From: Calditrichia bacterium
GTDB lineage: Bacteria; Calditrichota; Calditrichia; JAJRVZ01
Direction of reading: 5' to 3'
DNA length: 64,000 bases
NCBI GenBank assembly: GCA_963796965.1
Contig: CAWCNS010000005.1
Coordinates: forward strand, 32,001 to 96,000
Shown: piece after piece, positions 63,880 to 64,000 of the stretch
How positions within the stretch are numbered: position 1 is the stretch's first letter
Layout of the letters: every line of letters begins with the position of its first letter
Made by a program: the position numbers and the translations under genes
Notes under the pieces: generated by a model
Seen by the model: only the letters and a program-made list of their open reading frames with translations
Told to the model about the DNA's origin: nothing
The model's database searches: none

Positions 63880-64000
63880 AATTAATAATACAATATCGTT
63901 GATCGCTATTGTAAATGCTATTCAACGCAGAGAATGCTGAGTTCCGCAGAGTTTATTATATTCTTTCAAAGGGTTAATAACCCGTTATCAATCCGTCTTC

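Overview
Bacterial chromosomal region of about 40% GC, probably from an FCB-group lineage such as Calditrichaeota, KSB1 or Ignavibacteria. This is inferred from five genes with T9SS-type 'YPNPFN' C-terminal sorting domains. Many genes carry single-base frameshifts, most likely long-read assembly errors. Layout: 1-22 kb is a glycan and sulfate-ester utilisation block (GH38 mannosidase, NRAMP-like transporter, mannose-6-P isomerase, GH115-like protein, sulfatases, secreted CTD proteins). 22-42 kb holds ion, osmotic and envelope-stress genes (MscS x2, DegP plus an OmpR two-component system, TrkH, APC, MFS, CorA, a GAF protein). 42-56 kb holds pectin/sugar enzymes, a desaturase, a nitrilase and RarD. 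57-64 kb holds a cold-shock gene, a NarL regulator, small stress proteins and two B12 radical SAM enzymes. I found no CRISPR, rRNA, tRNA or reverse transcriptase. The most unusual signals are non-coding. Two unrelated degenerate tandem arrays of palindromes have strictly fixed periods (about 14 x 23 bp at 19.94-20.26 kb; 7 x 22 bp at 39.14-39.29 kb). A terminated minus-strand candidate sRNA at about 53.2-53.4 kb carries a 13-nt complement of the canonical 16S rRNA 3' end. The window also has many gene stubs (corA, mgtE, padR, desaturase, tnpA, T9SS CTD, sulfatase) and REP-like palindromes.
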